Below are positions 27,076 to 38,429 of a stretch of 64,000 nt of DNA, in pieces. A program made the translations under genes and the position numbers. This DNA is from an uncultured Acidobacteriota bacterium (lineage in GTDB: Bacteria; Acidobacteriota; Thermoanaerobaculia; Multivoradales; UBA5704). Location of the stretch: positions 2,016,001 through 2,080,000 of the forward strand of contig OY969474.1 in NCBI GenBank assembly GCA_963700145.1, in the 5' to 3' direction. Under the pieces are notes generated by a model. It was not told where the DNA came from. It did no database searches and saw only the letters and a program-made list of their open reading frames with translations. Position 1 is the first letter of the stretch; each line of letters opens with the position of its first letter.

Positions 27076-28572
27076 CTACCGACTTCCGAAAACGATGCGG
27101 CCGATCGACAGGTTCACCCCGACGTCGGGCGTGTTGTCGAAGTTGGCGACGTTCTCGGTGATGCCGAAGCGAATGCCGAAGCCGCGGTAGAGGCGCTGCA
27201 GGCCGACGGTCACCTGGATCTTGGTCGCCGCGAGCTCGTCCAGCTTCGTCGCCTGCACGGCGCTCCGGCTGAGATAGCCCTGCAGGATGAAGTTGGTGTT
27301 GCGGGTGACCTTGGTTTCCCAGCCCACGATCGAAGTCGGGATCCAGCTTTCGTCCCCCAACCGCCGGTCGATGGGCCGATAGTAGACGCCGGCCATCGTG
27401 AGATAGAAGGCGTTGCGATGCAGGAATCGCTGCAAGGACACCTGCACGCCGTAGTCGTGGTGGCCGTTGGTTACGAAGAGGTGCGGCGATTGAACGGCGA
27501 GCTTCGCTGCCGTCTCCACGACCAGGCGGAAGCGCGGATTTGACACCGCCTCCATGCGCACCCCGAACACGGGATCGCCGAACCCGTCCTCCGGTGGGCC
27601 CTCGACGCGCGGCCGGAATCCGTTGATGTTGCCAACCACCACGAAGCGGTTCCGTGGCACGCCCTCGCGGCCGGCGTTGGAGAAACCGGCCGAATGGTGG
27701 AAAGACTCGATGGTGTCATCGAGGAAGCCGCCCTGGAACGTGTAGTACGGGAGCGTGCAGTTGACCGCGAAGCGACGCGTGGCTCGGTAGTGCAGAGTCA
27801 GGTCCGTGACACCGAATTCGCCGTCGACCAGGTAGAGCTCCCCAGGCAAGGCGAGGATGCCTTCCAGATCCCCTTCGCTCAACTCCTCGCGCTCGGCACC
27901 GCGGGCGGCGAGGTAGTCGCGAACGTTCTGCGACAGCGCCCAGGTGTTCTGGTGCGAGATGTTCAGCTCCACGGCGAACGTCCCCGGGGTGGCGCTCACC
28001 GCGTGCGCCGGGAGCATGTCGAGGCGAGAGATCCCGAATGGCGTCATGTCCCGGATTCGCATGAGCCCCAAGGTCTGCCACGCTGGCGCCTCCGCCGTGC
28101 CGTCGCCGGCTGCAGGGGTCGAGACCATCACCAGAGCCCCGAGCCCCAGAGCGAACGCTCGCCTCACCCTGGGGAAGTGGCGGATCACGAAGAGCAAGTA
28201 CGCCAGCCACAGCGCGAGCCACGCAGACCCGACGGCGAGAAGCCCGACCGTGAAGAGGATCAGGCTCGGAACGAGGAACAGCAGGACGTCACCGAGCAGC
28301 CAGAAGCGATCGCCTCGCCGGAAATACAGGGCCCGCTCAGCTTCATCGATCCGGCCGCCGAGCGAGGCGAGGTAGTAATAGAAGGACGAGAACACGAGGG
28401 AGAACGTCGCCACGCCCATCACGACGAACGTGGCTTGAAACAGCCACGCGTTGAGCTCGCCGCGCGCGAACCTCGGATACATGAAGAACAGCATGAAGGT
28501 GAAGATCGGGACGCTCATCGCGGCGAGCGAATACGCGCGATTGACGTTGGCTGCGGCGAGCTCGTCGGCCAA
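27076..28572 (-). CDS. Multi-TM membrane domain fused in frame to a DUF3187-like outer-membrane beta-barrel protein
   Basis: N-part hydrophobic helices; internal signal-like VRRAFALGLGALVMVSTPAAG; then LMRIRDMTPFG...ENVANFDNTPDVG; TTG start assumed. Confidence 0.6.
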   Translation of the reverse strand: MADELAAANVNRAYSLAAMSVPIFTFMLFFMYPRFARGELNAWLFQATFVVMGVATFSLVFSSFYYYLASLGGRIDEAERALYFRRGDRFWLLGDVLLFLVPSLILFTVGLLAVGSAWLALWLAYLLFVIRHFPRVRRAFALGLGALVMVSTPAAGDGTAEAPAWQTLGLMRIRDMTPFGISRLDMLPAHAVSATPGTFAVELNISHQNTWALSQNVRDYLAARGAEREELSEGDLEGILALPGELYLVDGEFGVTDLTLHYRATRRFAVNCTLPYYTFQGGFLDDTIESFHHSAGFSNAGREGVPRNRFVVVGNINGFRPRVEGPPEDGFGDPVFGVRMEAVSNPRFRLVVETAAKLAVQSPHLFVTNGHHDYGVQVSLQRFLHRNAFYLTMAGVYYRPIDRRLGDESWIPTSIVGWETKVTRNTNFILQGYLSRSAVQATKLDELAATKIQVTVGLQRLYRGFGIRFGITENVANFDNTPDVGVNLSIGRIVFGSR

Positions 28573-28577
28573 GGCGC

Positions 28578-29408
28578 CTACCCTCGGACAAACGCCAGCA
28601 GGTCGGCGTCGATCACGTCGGCGTGGGTCGTGCACATGCCGTGCGGGAACCCCCGGTAGGTCTTGAGGGTTCCGTTCTTCAGCAGCTTCGCCGACAGCAG
28701 CGCGGAGTCCGCGATCGGCACGATCTGGTCGTCGTCGCCGTGCATCACGAGCGTCGGCACGTCGATCTGCTTCAGATCCTCGGTGAAGTCGGTCTCCGAG
28801 AACGCCGCGATGCCGTCGTGGTGCGCCTTGGCGCCGCCCGCCATCCCCTGGCGCCACCAGTTCTGGATCACCCCTTGCGACGGGCTCGCGCCGGGTCGGT
28901 TGAAGCCGTAGAAGGGACCGCTCGAGAAGTCGAGGTAGAACTGAGCGCGGTTGGCGGCGAGCTGCTGGCGCAGGCCGTCGAACACCTCGATCGGCAGTCC
29001 GCCGGGATTGGCCGGCGTCTTCACCATGATCGGTGGCACCGCTCCGATCAGCACCAGCTTGGCGACGCGCCCCTGGCCGTGGCGCGCGACGTAACGCGTC
29101 GCCTCGCCGCCACCCGTGGAGTGGCCGACGTGGACGGCGTTGCGGAGATCGAGGTGCTCGACCACGGCGGCGGCGTCGGCTGCGTAGTGGTCCATGTCGT
29201 GACCATCGCCGACCTGGCTCGAGCGACCGTGGCCGCGGCGGTCGTGCGCGACGACGCGATAGCCCTGCCCGACGAAAAACAGCATCTGGGTGTCCCAGTC
29301 GTCCGCGCTGAGCGGCCAGCCGTGGTGGAAGACGATGGGCTGGGCGTTCTTCGGGCCCCAGTCCTTGTAGTAGATCTCGACGCCGTCGCGAGTGGTGATC
29401 GTGGCCAT
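28578..29408 (-). CDS. Alpha/beta hydrolase, non-heme haloperoxidase/arylesterase type
   Basis: [35 protein letters not shown]. Confidence 0.93.
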   Translation of the reverse strand: MATITTRDGVEIYYKDWGPKNAQPIVFHHGWPLSADDWDTQMLFFVGQGYRVVAHDRRGHGRSSQVGDGHDMDHYAADAAAVVEHLDLRNAVHVGHSTGGGEATRYVARHGQGRVAKLVLIGAVPPIMVKTPANPGGLPIEVFDGLRQQLAANRAQFYLDFSSGPFYGFNRPGASPSQGVIQNWWRQGMAGGAKAHHDGIAAFSETDFTEDLKQIDVPTLVMHGDDDQIVPIADSALLSAKLLKNGTLKTYRGFPHGMCTTHADVIDADLLAFVRG

Positions 29409-29434
29409 CTCGGTCTCCTTTCTTGACCAGGGGC

Positions 29435-30295
29435 TCATGCGAACCGCTTGACGAACTCGAGGGCCTTCTCGGCGACCTCCCGCCAGCCGGCGTCGATGGT
29501 CAGCGCGTGCCCGCGGCCCGGCATCTTGACGATCTCGGTCACGCCCCGGTTGCGCTTCTGCTTCTTGTACGACGCGTTCGCGATCGCCCAGGGGACCGTC
29601 TGGTCCGCATCGGCCGAGACGATCAGCATCGGACCGCGCTCCGGGTTCGTCGAGTCGACCTTCGCCTCCGACCACGGGTTGAGGTTCGCGGCCGCCGCCT
29701 GGAAGAGCGGTTCGCCGGCGCCGGGGACGGAGTAGCCGAGGTACAGCTCCTTCGCCTCGTCCTCGCCGACCGCGTTCGCGAAGCTGTAGCGGAACTGGTC
29801 GTAGGTGAGCGGGACCGCGCGGTTCCAGTTCGCGGGGTTGCGCAAGGCGACGCTCGCCGTCCGCAGCGCCGCGTACGGCAGCGGCAGCACGCCGCGGAAC
29901 GGAGCCGGGCTGATCACGACCGAGGCGCTGGCGAGCCCACGCCCCGCGAGGATCATGGCCAGCAGGCCCCCAAAGGAGTGGCCGATGATCGCGGGCTTGC
30001 GATGCAGGCGGCGGATGATCGCCTCCTCGTAGCCGGCGATCTCGCCGATCCCCTTGCCCGCGAACACCTCGGGGTGCTCTCTGGCCTCGGCGACCGTCTC
30101 GGGATCGTCGGGCCAGCCCGGTGTCACCGCCACGTAGCCGGCCTCTTCGAAGAGCGTCACCCAGCGGTCCCAGGCCGAGGGCAGCAGCCAGAGCCCGTGA
30201 ACGAAGACGACTGGTGTCACGCCCTTAGCGTTCGCGCGCTCGACCTGGGCTGCCTCGTGCTCCGTGATGGTCCGTTCGGTGGTTGCGGTGGTCAT
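29435..30295 (-). CDS. Alpha/beta hydrolase
   Basis: [22 protein letters not shown]. Confidence 0.9.
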   Translation of the reverse strand: MTTATTERTITEHEAAQVERANAKGVTPVVFVHGLWLLPSAWDRWVTLFEEAGYVAVTPGWPDDPETVAEAREHPEVFAGKGIGEIAGYEEAIIRRLHRKPAIIGHSFGGLLAMILAGRGLASASVVISPAPFRGVLPLPYAALRTASVALRNPANWNRAVPLTYDQFRYSFANAVGEDEAKELYLGYSVPGAGEPLFQAAAANLNPWSEAKVDSTNPERGPMLIVSADADQTVPWAIANASYKKQKRNRGVTEIVKMPGRGHALTIDAGWREVAEKALEFVKRFA

Positions 30296-30323
30296 CTCTT
30301 CCTCCTCGTTCGCATGCTGGTTA

Positions 30324-30350
30324 GACCGCGTCGCCTGTCCCGATGTGACA
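30324..30350 (-). promoter_or_regulatory. ECF41-type promoter TGTCACA-N16-GGTC
   Basis: Minus strand TGTCACA TCGGGACAGGCGACGC GGTC, 28 nt upstream of the hydrolase ATG; ECF41 consensus is TGTCACA-n16-CGTC. Confidence 0.75.
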
Positions 30351-30361
30351 GCTTGCCGTCA

Positions 30362-30916
30362 TCACAGCTTGACCATCGGCAACGGCGACAGCGGATGCCT
30401 GCGGAACCTCTCGAACGTCAGCTGCACGAGGCGCCAGTGAAACCCGGCGTTCGGCCAGCCGGCGAGCACCGATCGGACCAGCGTACGCGAGAGCCCGAAC
30501 GTTCGCAGGCCGCGCGTCACGTCGATCCAATCCGCTCGCCGGAAGGGCTCGACGAGCGAATCGCGACTCGTGTGGGACGACGTGATCTTGTGGTGGTCCG
30601 AGATCATCTGTTCGATCTCGGCGACCCAGGCCGCCCGATCGTGGGCGACGAGGTACTCGCGTGCGAGCGCAACGGACGGCGCGATGTAGTCGAATGTCTT
30701 GTTGGCCCAGATCCCGAGGTCGTGGAAGACCGCGGCGACCGCGATCTTCTCGAGATCGCCGCGGTCTTCCACCATGGCGGCGCACAGATTCGCGACGCGG
30801 TACACATGATTCCGATAGGCGATGAAGTCGGGTCCCAGCTCCGGCGCGTGATCGCGCAGGACCTCATCGATCGTCGGGATGCTCGTCAAGAGGCCGGTGG
30901 CGGCGGCGGGCTGCAT
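30362..30916 (-). CDS. HD-domain protein
   Basis: YRNHVYRV, AAVFHDLGIW, DHHKIT, ADWID. Confidence 0.85.
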   Translation of the reverse strand: MQPAAATGLLTSIPTIDEVLRDHAPELGPDFIAYRNHVYRVANLCAAMVEDRGDLEKIAVAAVFHDLGIWANKTFDYIAPSVALAREYLVAHDRAAWVAEIEQMISDHHKITSSHTSRDSLVEPFRRADWIDVTRGLRTFGLSRTLVRSVLAGWPNAGFHWRLVQLTFERFRRHPLSPLPMVKL

Positions 30917-30920
30917 CGCG

Positions 30921-31598
30921 CTAATCGTCGAACGGCGCGTTCAGCAACAGATCGACCGTCGACATGGGTTTGTAGCCGGGCACGAAGCGCTCACCGAAAT
31001 CACGCAGGAAATTGTCGTAGGTCGTCTCCGGCTTCGCGGCCACGAGGCGACAGCACGTCTCGGTGAATTTGGCCTTCATCTCGAGACGTGGGAAGGCGCG
31101 GAGGATGGCGGTCATGTCGGCCGCGGGGACCAGCTCGTAGAAGAAGCCGCCGTAATCGAGCCCGATGCCCATGGTGCCGAGGGCCACTTCCGCTTCTTTG
31201 TGAAGGGCTATGGAGGGGGTCGAGTTGAGGGCGACGAGGTCCCAGATGAGCTGCGCTCGACGGCCCGAGAGGCCCCGTTCCTTGACGAACGACAGGGCGG
31301 CGGCGGCGCCGTTGACCTCGAAGCGGTTTGCGCCCGACACGGCGGGCGAGAGGCCGATGTCGTGGAGGATGGCGCCCACCGCGACCACCTCGAGGTCACA
31401 GTCGATGCCTTGCGACTGCCCGATCTTGGCTGCGAAGAGCCACGACCGCATGGCGTGATGGAAGAGGTAGGGGTCGTAGAGCTTCCGGGCGTAGTCGAGC
31501 ACGTCGCTGATCAGCGGCGAGTCAGGCACGCTGACGCCGGCGACGACGCTTGCGCCCAGTGGGTGGCGAGGAGAGTCCCCCGAGCTCCCAGTGCTCAT
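30921..31598 (-). CDS. HD-domain protein (cyanamide hydratase-like)
   Basis: LFHHAMRSWLF, AILHDIGL, RFEVNGA; AGGAG RBS before ATG 31598. Confidence 0.85.
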   Translation of the reverse strand: MSTGSSGDSPRHPLGASVVAGVSVPDSPLISDVLDYARKLYDPYLFHHAMRSWLFAAKIGQSQGIDCDLEVVAVGAILHDIGLSPAVSGANRFEVNGAAAALSFVKERGLSGRRAQLIWDLVALNSTPSIALHKEAEVALGTMGIGLDYGGFFYELVPAADMTAILRAFPRLEMKAKFTETCCRLVAAKPETTYDNFLRDFGERFVPGYKPMSTVDLLLNAPFDD

Positions 31599-31658
31599 GT
31601 GCCGGTCTCCTGAATGGTCGGCCTGCGAAGCGGGATCGCTTGCAGTCGCGTTCGTGAA

Positions 31659-31685
31659 GACCGGAGACCGCGCCGCGATGTGACA
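31659..31685 (-). promoter_or_regulatory. ECF41-type promoter TGTCACA-N16-GGTC
   Basis: Minus strand TGTCACA TCGCGGCGCGGTCTCC GGTC upstream of the HD gene; identical spacing to 30324-30350. Confidence 0.75.
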
Positions 31686-31804
31686 ATCGTGGCTCAGTGC
31701 GTGGCAGTCCGTGTGGGAGTCACGAAGTTCGCCTACACTCACACCCGCCCAGGGGGCTCGGTTTCCGAGCGTTGGAGAGGCTGAGCGTTGCCGCCATGCG
31801 GAGC

Positions 31805-32530
31805 ATGTCAACTCCACTCGATGACGACGGCCTCCCGGCGTTCCTGAGCATTCGTTCTCGTCTCTTCGGCATCGCCTACCGGATGCTCGGTAGCGCCATG
31901 GAAGCAGAGGACGTCGTACAGAACGTCTGGATACGCTGGCAGACGGTGGATCGCAGCCTGGTTCGGGATGCTGCGGCATTCCTGGTGACCGCGGCGACGC
32001 GATTGGCGATCAACGTCAGGCAGTCGGCACGCTCGCGCCGGGAGACGCATGTCGACAGCGGGCTTCCCGAGCCCGTGGATACCAGCGCAGATTCGCGGTT
32101 GGGAATGGAACGAGGCCAGGCGTTGGCGTCCGGATTCCAGTTGCTGCTGGAGAGGCTGACGCCCAAGGAGCGAGCCGCCTACATCCTGCGGGAGGCGTTC
32201 GACTGCCCGTACCGCACGGTCGCGAATGTCCTCCGGCTCGAAGAGGCCAACGCGCGGCAGGTCGTGGCGCGCGCTCGGCAGCACCTCGCGAATGGCCGCA
32301 GGAAGCCCGCGAGTGCGACCGGACGCCGACGCCTTCTCGACGCCTTCGTCGCGGCCGCGCAGGATGGCGACGTCGCGGGACTCGCACGTCTCCTGGCGTC
32401 GGACGCCGGTCTCGCCGCCATCGAATCGACTCAACGCGGAAAGGACATCGATCATGAAGCTCGTCATCATCGGCGGCACCGGGCTCATCGGTTCGAAGCT
32501 CGTGACCAAGCTGACGGCAGACGGCCATGA
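31805..32530 (+). CDS. ECF41/SigJ-like sigma factor lacking the SnoaL-like C-terminal extension
   Basis: RLFGIAYRMLGSAMEAEDVVQ, GLPEP, LLERLTPKERAAYILREAF; no DGGG/NPDKL; tail runs 77 nt into next gene. Confidence 0.8.
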   Translation: MSTPLDDDGLPAFLSIRSRLFGIAYRMLGSAMEAEDVVQNVWIRWQTVDRSLVRDAAAFLVTAATRLAINVRQSARSRRETHVDSGLPEPVDTSADSRLGMERGQALASGFQLLLERLTPKERAAYILREAFDCPYRTVANVLRLEEANARQVVARARQHLANGRRKPASATGRRRLLDAFVAAAQDGDVAGLARLLASDAGLAAIESTQRGKDIDHEARHHRRHRAHRFEARDQADGRRP

Positions 32531-32883
32531 GGCCGTGCCGGCATCGCCGGGCACCGGCGTCAACACGCTCACCGGCGAGGGGCTGGCTGATGCGCTTGCG
32601 GGCGCCGCCGTCGTCGTCGACGTCTCGAACTCCCCGTCGTTCGAAGACTCGGCCGTCATGGCGTTCTTCACGACGTCCACGCGCAACCTTCTGAGGTACG
32701 CGGCGGCAGCCGGTGTGGAGCACTACGTCGCGCTGTCGGTGGTAGGAACCGAGCGCATACCCGCATGCGCGGTACTTCGGCGCCGAGCTCGGGGAGCGGT
32801 CGCTCATTCCTGCCGGCGCCGCGCGGCTCGGCGAGATCCGCTTCCAGGAGTGGCTCGGCCAGCCCGTGCCCCAGCCGCGATAA
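32454..32883 (+). pseudogene. NAD(P)-binding SDR/NmrA-like oxidoreductase with internal deletion and frameshift
   Basis: MKLVIIGGTGLIG...ALSVVGTERIP, then from 32761 in +1 frame the family C-terminus PHARYFGAELGERSLIPAGAARLGEIRFQEWL. Confidence 0.85.
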
Positions 32884-32925
32884 GAAGCTGCTGCGGGTGT
32901 TTGCCTGTGCCCGCGGGCCGGGCCG

Positions 32926-34241
32926 CTACACCCCCGGCATCGCCTTCTTGAGCGGCTTGAGCAGCACCAGCAGCACCAGGGCCATGAAGAGGGCGCAGGT
33001 GCCGAGGACGGCGAAGAAGGTGGAGTGGAGCCAGTCGTCCCAGAAGACGCCGATGGCGGTCAGCTTGTTGCCGATCGCGGTGGCGACGAACCAGCCGCCC
33101 ATCATGATGCCGCGCCAGCGGATCGGGGCGACCTTGGAGACCAGGGAGAGGCCCATCGGCGAGAGCATCAGCTCGCCGGCGGTCAGGATGGCGTAGGCCG
33201 AGATCAGCCACCAGGGGGAGACCTTGCCGAAGTCGCCCCCCGCCTTGCCGGCGAAGTACATGAGGTAGAAGGAGAGGCCGGTCAGGCACATGCCGAACAT
33301 CATCTTGGTCGGCGTCGAGGGCTCCCTGCCGCGCCGGTCGAGCCACGACCAGAGGCCGACCAGTGGGAAGGTCAGCAGCAGCACCCAGATCGGGTTGATG
33401 GCGTTCGAGATGACGCCGGTGACGTTCCAGTCGGTGTTGTCGTTGGCCCAGTAGGTGAGGGTGATGCTGTTCTGGTGGAAGACCATCCAGAAGACGATGA
33501 CGATCAAGAAGATGACGATCAGCGCGCTCACCCGCTTCCAGTCGGGGATGGTGTCGATGGCCTGGACCGTTTGGCCGCTCACCCCAGGCGGTGGCGCGTC
33601 CACGGCGACGGCGGCCGTGGCGGTCTGCTGCTGCGGGCCGCGCGCCGGCCGGCGGTCGGCGTGCATGACGTGGCGGCGGAAGAACCAGAGGATGTTGACC
33701 GAGATCACCATCCCCAGCGCGCCCATGAAGAAGGCGGGGTGGAAGCCGTAGGTCCGATACATGGGCTCGGCCACGAGCGGCGCCAGCGCCGCGCCGACGT
33801 TGATGCCCATGTAGAAGATGTTGTAGGCGCGGTCCTTGAGGTGGCTCCCCTCGGGGTAGAGGTTGCCGACCATCGCCGAGACGTTGGGCTTGAAGAAGCC
33901 GTTGCCGATGACCAGGCAGGCCAGCGCCGCGTACATGATCGGCTCCGAGCGGAAGGCCAGGAGGGCGTGGCCGGCCATGAAGAAGAAGCCGCCGATCATC
34001 ACCGACCGCCGGTAGCCGAGCTTGCGGTCGGCGATCAGGCCGCCGATCAGGGGGCTGGCGTAGACGAACATCAGGTAGGTCGAGTAGATCGAGGTGGCGC
34101 GGTCCTCGGTCCAGGCGAACCCCTGGGTCGGGTTCTGCACGTAGAGGGTGTACATCGCCGCCACGGTGTAGAAGCTGAAGCGCTCCCACATCTCGGTGAA
34201 GAAGAGGACGTAGAGCCCCTTCGGGTGGCGCTCCAGCGTGT

Positions 34242-34245
<4 letters not shown>
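32926..34245 (-). CDS. POT/PTR-family peptide:H+ symporter
   Basis: HPKGLYVLFFTEMWERFSFY, GFFKPN, FYMGINVG, GELMLSPMGLS. Confidence 0.93.
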
Positions 34246-35744
<1,499 letters not shown>

Positions 35745-35991
35745 GCGCGCGCGCCCTTTCTCTCTGCTGCCCGAAGCGGCGCGCGAGCCTAGCACGCGCG
35801 CTTCGGCCGCCCGGGGTCGGGGCCGGGGAGAGCAAGGGGGGTGCCACCGGCGCCCCGCGAGATATTCCCCTTGGGGAATGATTTGCGGTACTGTAGGGGC
35901 AGCAAAGTCTTTCGCCCCTTCGACATCGCGGCGCCCGCCGCGGTCGGCTCGAAGGCTGTTGCACGTCCGGTCGTTGGAGGTCCGTCGTCTC

Positions 35992-37374
35992 GTGAGAAGG
36001 TCTGCGCTCCTGCTCGTCCTCGCCCTGCTCGCACCGCTCGCGCCGGCCCTGGCCGGCACGGTCTACGTCCCGGTCGCCACCCACCAGACGGTGGGCACGG
36101 TGACCTACAAGACCGGGGTCTGGGTGAGCAACCCGTCCGACGTCCCGCGCCGCTTCACCACCGCCTTCATCGCCACCGACACCGACGGCACCCGCCGCAG
36201 CCTCAACGGCGCCGCCACCGTGCCGGCGAGGGGGTCGCTGCTGCTCACCAACATCGCCCCGCGCGGCGGCCACGGCATGCTCGAGATCGAGGGCGCGCCG
36301 CAGCTCGTGGTGCGCGCCCGGCTCGACGCCCTGAACGCCAAGGGGAAGGTCGTGTCGAGCGCCCCGGTGCCGGTCGTCACCGCCGAGAACTGGGTGCCGG
36401 CCGGGAAGACCGCCCACCTCCAGGGGCTCGGCACACCGGCCGGCGGCGTCGCCGGCTTCGGCCTGCTCAACCTGGCGTGGAGGCAGGGGACCTGCACCAT
36501 CGAGGCCTTCCGCCCGGACGGCGGCTCGCTCGGCCGCCTCGACAACGTCAAGGTCGCAGCGCTCGGCCACCGGCAGCCGCAGCAGCTGGTGACGGCGCAC
36601 GGCGCGGGCCTCCTGACCGACGCCCGCATCGAAGTGACCTGCAACCAGCCGTTCTACGTCTACTCGACCCAGCTCTCGACCAACGGCGGCCGCACCGCCT
36701 TCGTCGAGCCGTCGGGGCGTCTGGTCGACATGGAGCAGCCGGGGCGGCCGAAGGTGGGGGACGACGGCAACCCGCCGGAGCCGCCGGCCAACAACCCGCC
36801 CGGCAACCCGCCGGCGAACCCGCCGACGACTCCGACCACGCCGCCGGCCGGCACGGTCATCTTCGCCCCCGGCGTCTTCCTCGACGTGCGGCAGGGCGAC
36901 TCCTACAAGGCCTACGAGCTGCCGCTGGCGCTCGACGTCAAGTACAAGAAGGTGATCGTCGACTTCGACCTCTACCTGCACCGCTGGCAGAGCACCTGGT
37001 ACCACGGCATCACCAGCATGAAGCGCAACGACAAGACGCTCTACTACGGCGTCCTCTTGAAGGGGAGCCCGTCGAAGACCATCGTCGACCTCGGGCGCGA
37101 GCGCCAGGTGAAGGAGAACTTCAACTGGCAGGAGCGCACCGACTACCACGTGCGCATGACCTACGACGTCCCCGGGAGGAAGGTGACGGCACAGTTCTCG
37201 CGCAACGGCGCCGTCGTCCACACCGTCACCGGCAAGATGGGGGTCGCCGACGTGCGCGCCTTCTCGAAGTACCGGGTGCGGGTCGACTTCGGCCTGCCGG
37301 GCGTGGCGCACAGCGCCTACTACCCGCCGTACGGGTCGCGGTACTCGAACCTCGAGGTGCGGCTGGAGCGGTAG
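35992..37374 (+). CDS. Secreted beta-rich hypothetical protein with Pro/Asn linker
   Basis: GGAGG RBS, GTG start, signal peptide, NPPGNPPANPP linker between two beta-rich regions. Confidence 0.8.
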   Translation: MRRSALLLVLALLAPLAPALAGTVYVPVATHQTVGTVTYKTGVWVSNPSDVPRRFTTAFIATDTDGTRRSLNGAATVPARGSLLLTNIAPRGGHGMLEIEGAPQLVVRARLDALNAKGKVVSSAPVPVVTAENWVPAGKTAHLQGLGTPAGGVAGFGLLNLAWRQGTCTIEAFRPDGGSLGRLDNVKVAALGHRQPQQLVTAHGAGLLTDARIEVTCNQPFYVYSTQLSTNGGRTAFVEPSGRLVDMEQPGRPKVGDDGNPPEPPANNPPGNPPANPPTTPTTPPAGTVIFAPGVFLDVRQGDSYKAYELPLALDVKYKKVIVDFDLYLHRWQSTWYHGITSMKRNDKTLYYGVLLKGSPSKTIVDLGRERQVKENFNWQERTDYHVRMTYDVPGRKVTAQFSRNGAVVHTVTGKMGVADVRAFSKYRVRVDFGLPGVAHSAYYPPYGSRYSNLEVRLER

Positions 37375-37393
37375 CGGGCGCGCGCAGCGTAGG

Positions 37394-37428
37394 ACGAGAG
37401 CGCCGGGAGGCTTCGCCGGCGCTCTCGT
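37394..37428. terminator. Hairpin between convergent genes
   Basis: ACGAGAGCGCCGG-N9-CCGGCGCTCTCGT perfect 13-bp stem. Confidence 0.55.
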
Positions 37429-37456
37429 AGCGTGACATCCAGTCGCTTCGCGCGCG

Positions 37457-37795
37457 TTAGGTAGCCGAGCGCGCAGGTCGGGTGGCGCCGACGTCTTCCA
37501 CCGCCACCCAGATGACCTGGAGGTTCTGCCCCCAACCGCCGGGCACGTCGACGCGGACGACGTTGATCATGAACCCCGTCGGCTCCACGTCGGTGATGGT
37601 GACGGCGAAGGTGTCGGAGAGGTTGGAGGGCTCGTAGAAGGGGTCCTGGAAGGCGGTAGCGACGACGAACGGCGTCGCCGTGCCGAAGGGCGAGGGGCTC
37701 GGGAACGAGATCTGGAAGTCCTGCACGCTGGTCGGCGACGAGCCGATGACGCCGACGCCACCGAGGACGATGGGCTGGGTGGGGGTGCTCGACAT
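37457..37795 (-). CDS. Small H-type-lectin-like protein, paralog 2
   Basis: ISFPSPSPFGTATPFVVAT...DTFAVTITDVEPTGFMINVVRVD...GWGQNLQVIWVA; GGAGG RBS. Confidence 0.7.
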   Translation of the reverse strand: MSSTPTQPIVLGGVGVIGSSPTSVQDFQISFPSPSPFGTATPFVVATAFQDPFYEPSNLSDTFAVTITDVEPTGFMINVVRVDVPGGWGQNLQVIWVAVEDVGATRPARSAT

Positions 37796-37968
37796 GGGTT
37801 CCCTCCGCGGGCTCACGCCCGGCGTGTGGCGACGGCGGGATGCCGGCGCCCCTTCACGACGGCAAAGGCACTCGTCTGCAAGTCTACTCTTAAAGACGAA
37901 TCGAAGCCGCAGATCGTGCACAGTGGCGGGGTGCGTCCGCCTGCCGCCGCGGGGGGCGCCCCAGAACG

Positions 37969-38301
37969 CTACTTGCCTTCCTGCGCGACGTCCTCCACCG
38001 CCACGTAGATGAGCCGGAGGTTCTGCGCCCAACCACCGCTGCTCGTGTCGACGCGGACGATGTTGACGATGAACCCCGTCTTCTCCACGTCGACGATGGT
38101 GACGGCGAACGTGTCGGGGATCTTGAAGGTCTTGTAGAAGGGGTCCTGGAAAGCGGTGGCGACGACGAACGGCGTCGCCGTGCCGAAGGGCGAGGGGCTC
38201 GGGAAGGTGATCTGGAAGTCCTGGACCTCGTTGCTCTGCGACGGGCCGATGGTGGCCCAGCCACCGAGGACGATGGGCTGGGTGGGGGTTGGGGTCGACA
38301 T
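37969..38301 (-). CDS. Small H-type-lectin-like protein, paralog 1
   Basis: Clearly paralogous to 37457-37795; GGAGG RBS. Confidence 0.72.
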   Translation of the reverse strand: MSTPTPTQPIVLGGWATIGPSQSNEVQDFQITFPSPSPFGTATPFVVATAFQDPFYKTFKIPDTFAVTIVDVEKTGFIVNIVRVDTSSGGWAQNLRLIYVAVEDVAQEGK

Positions 38302-38429
38302 GGTTCCCTCCGCGGGCTCGCGCCCGGCGCATGGCGACGGCGGGATGCCGGCGCCGCTCCTGCCAGGGGAGTGTACCCACCGCGGCGGTCCGTTTCACCG
38401 GCCGCTCAAGAACGCATGCGCTAGCCCGC

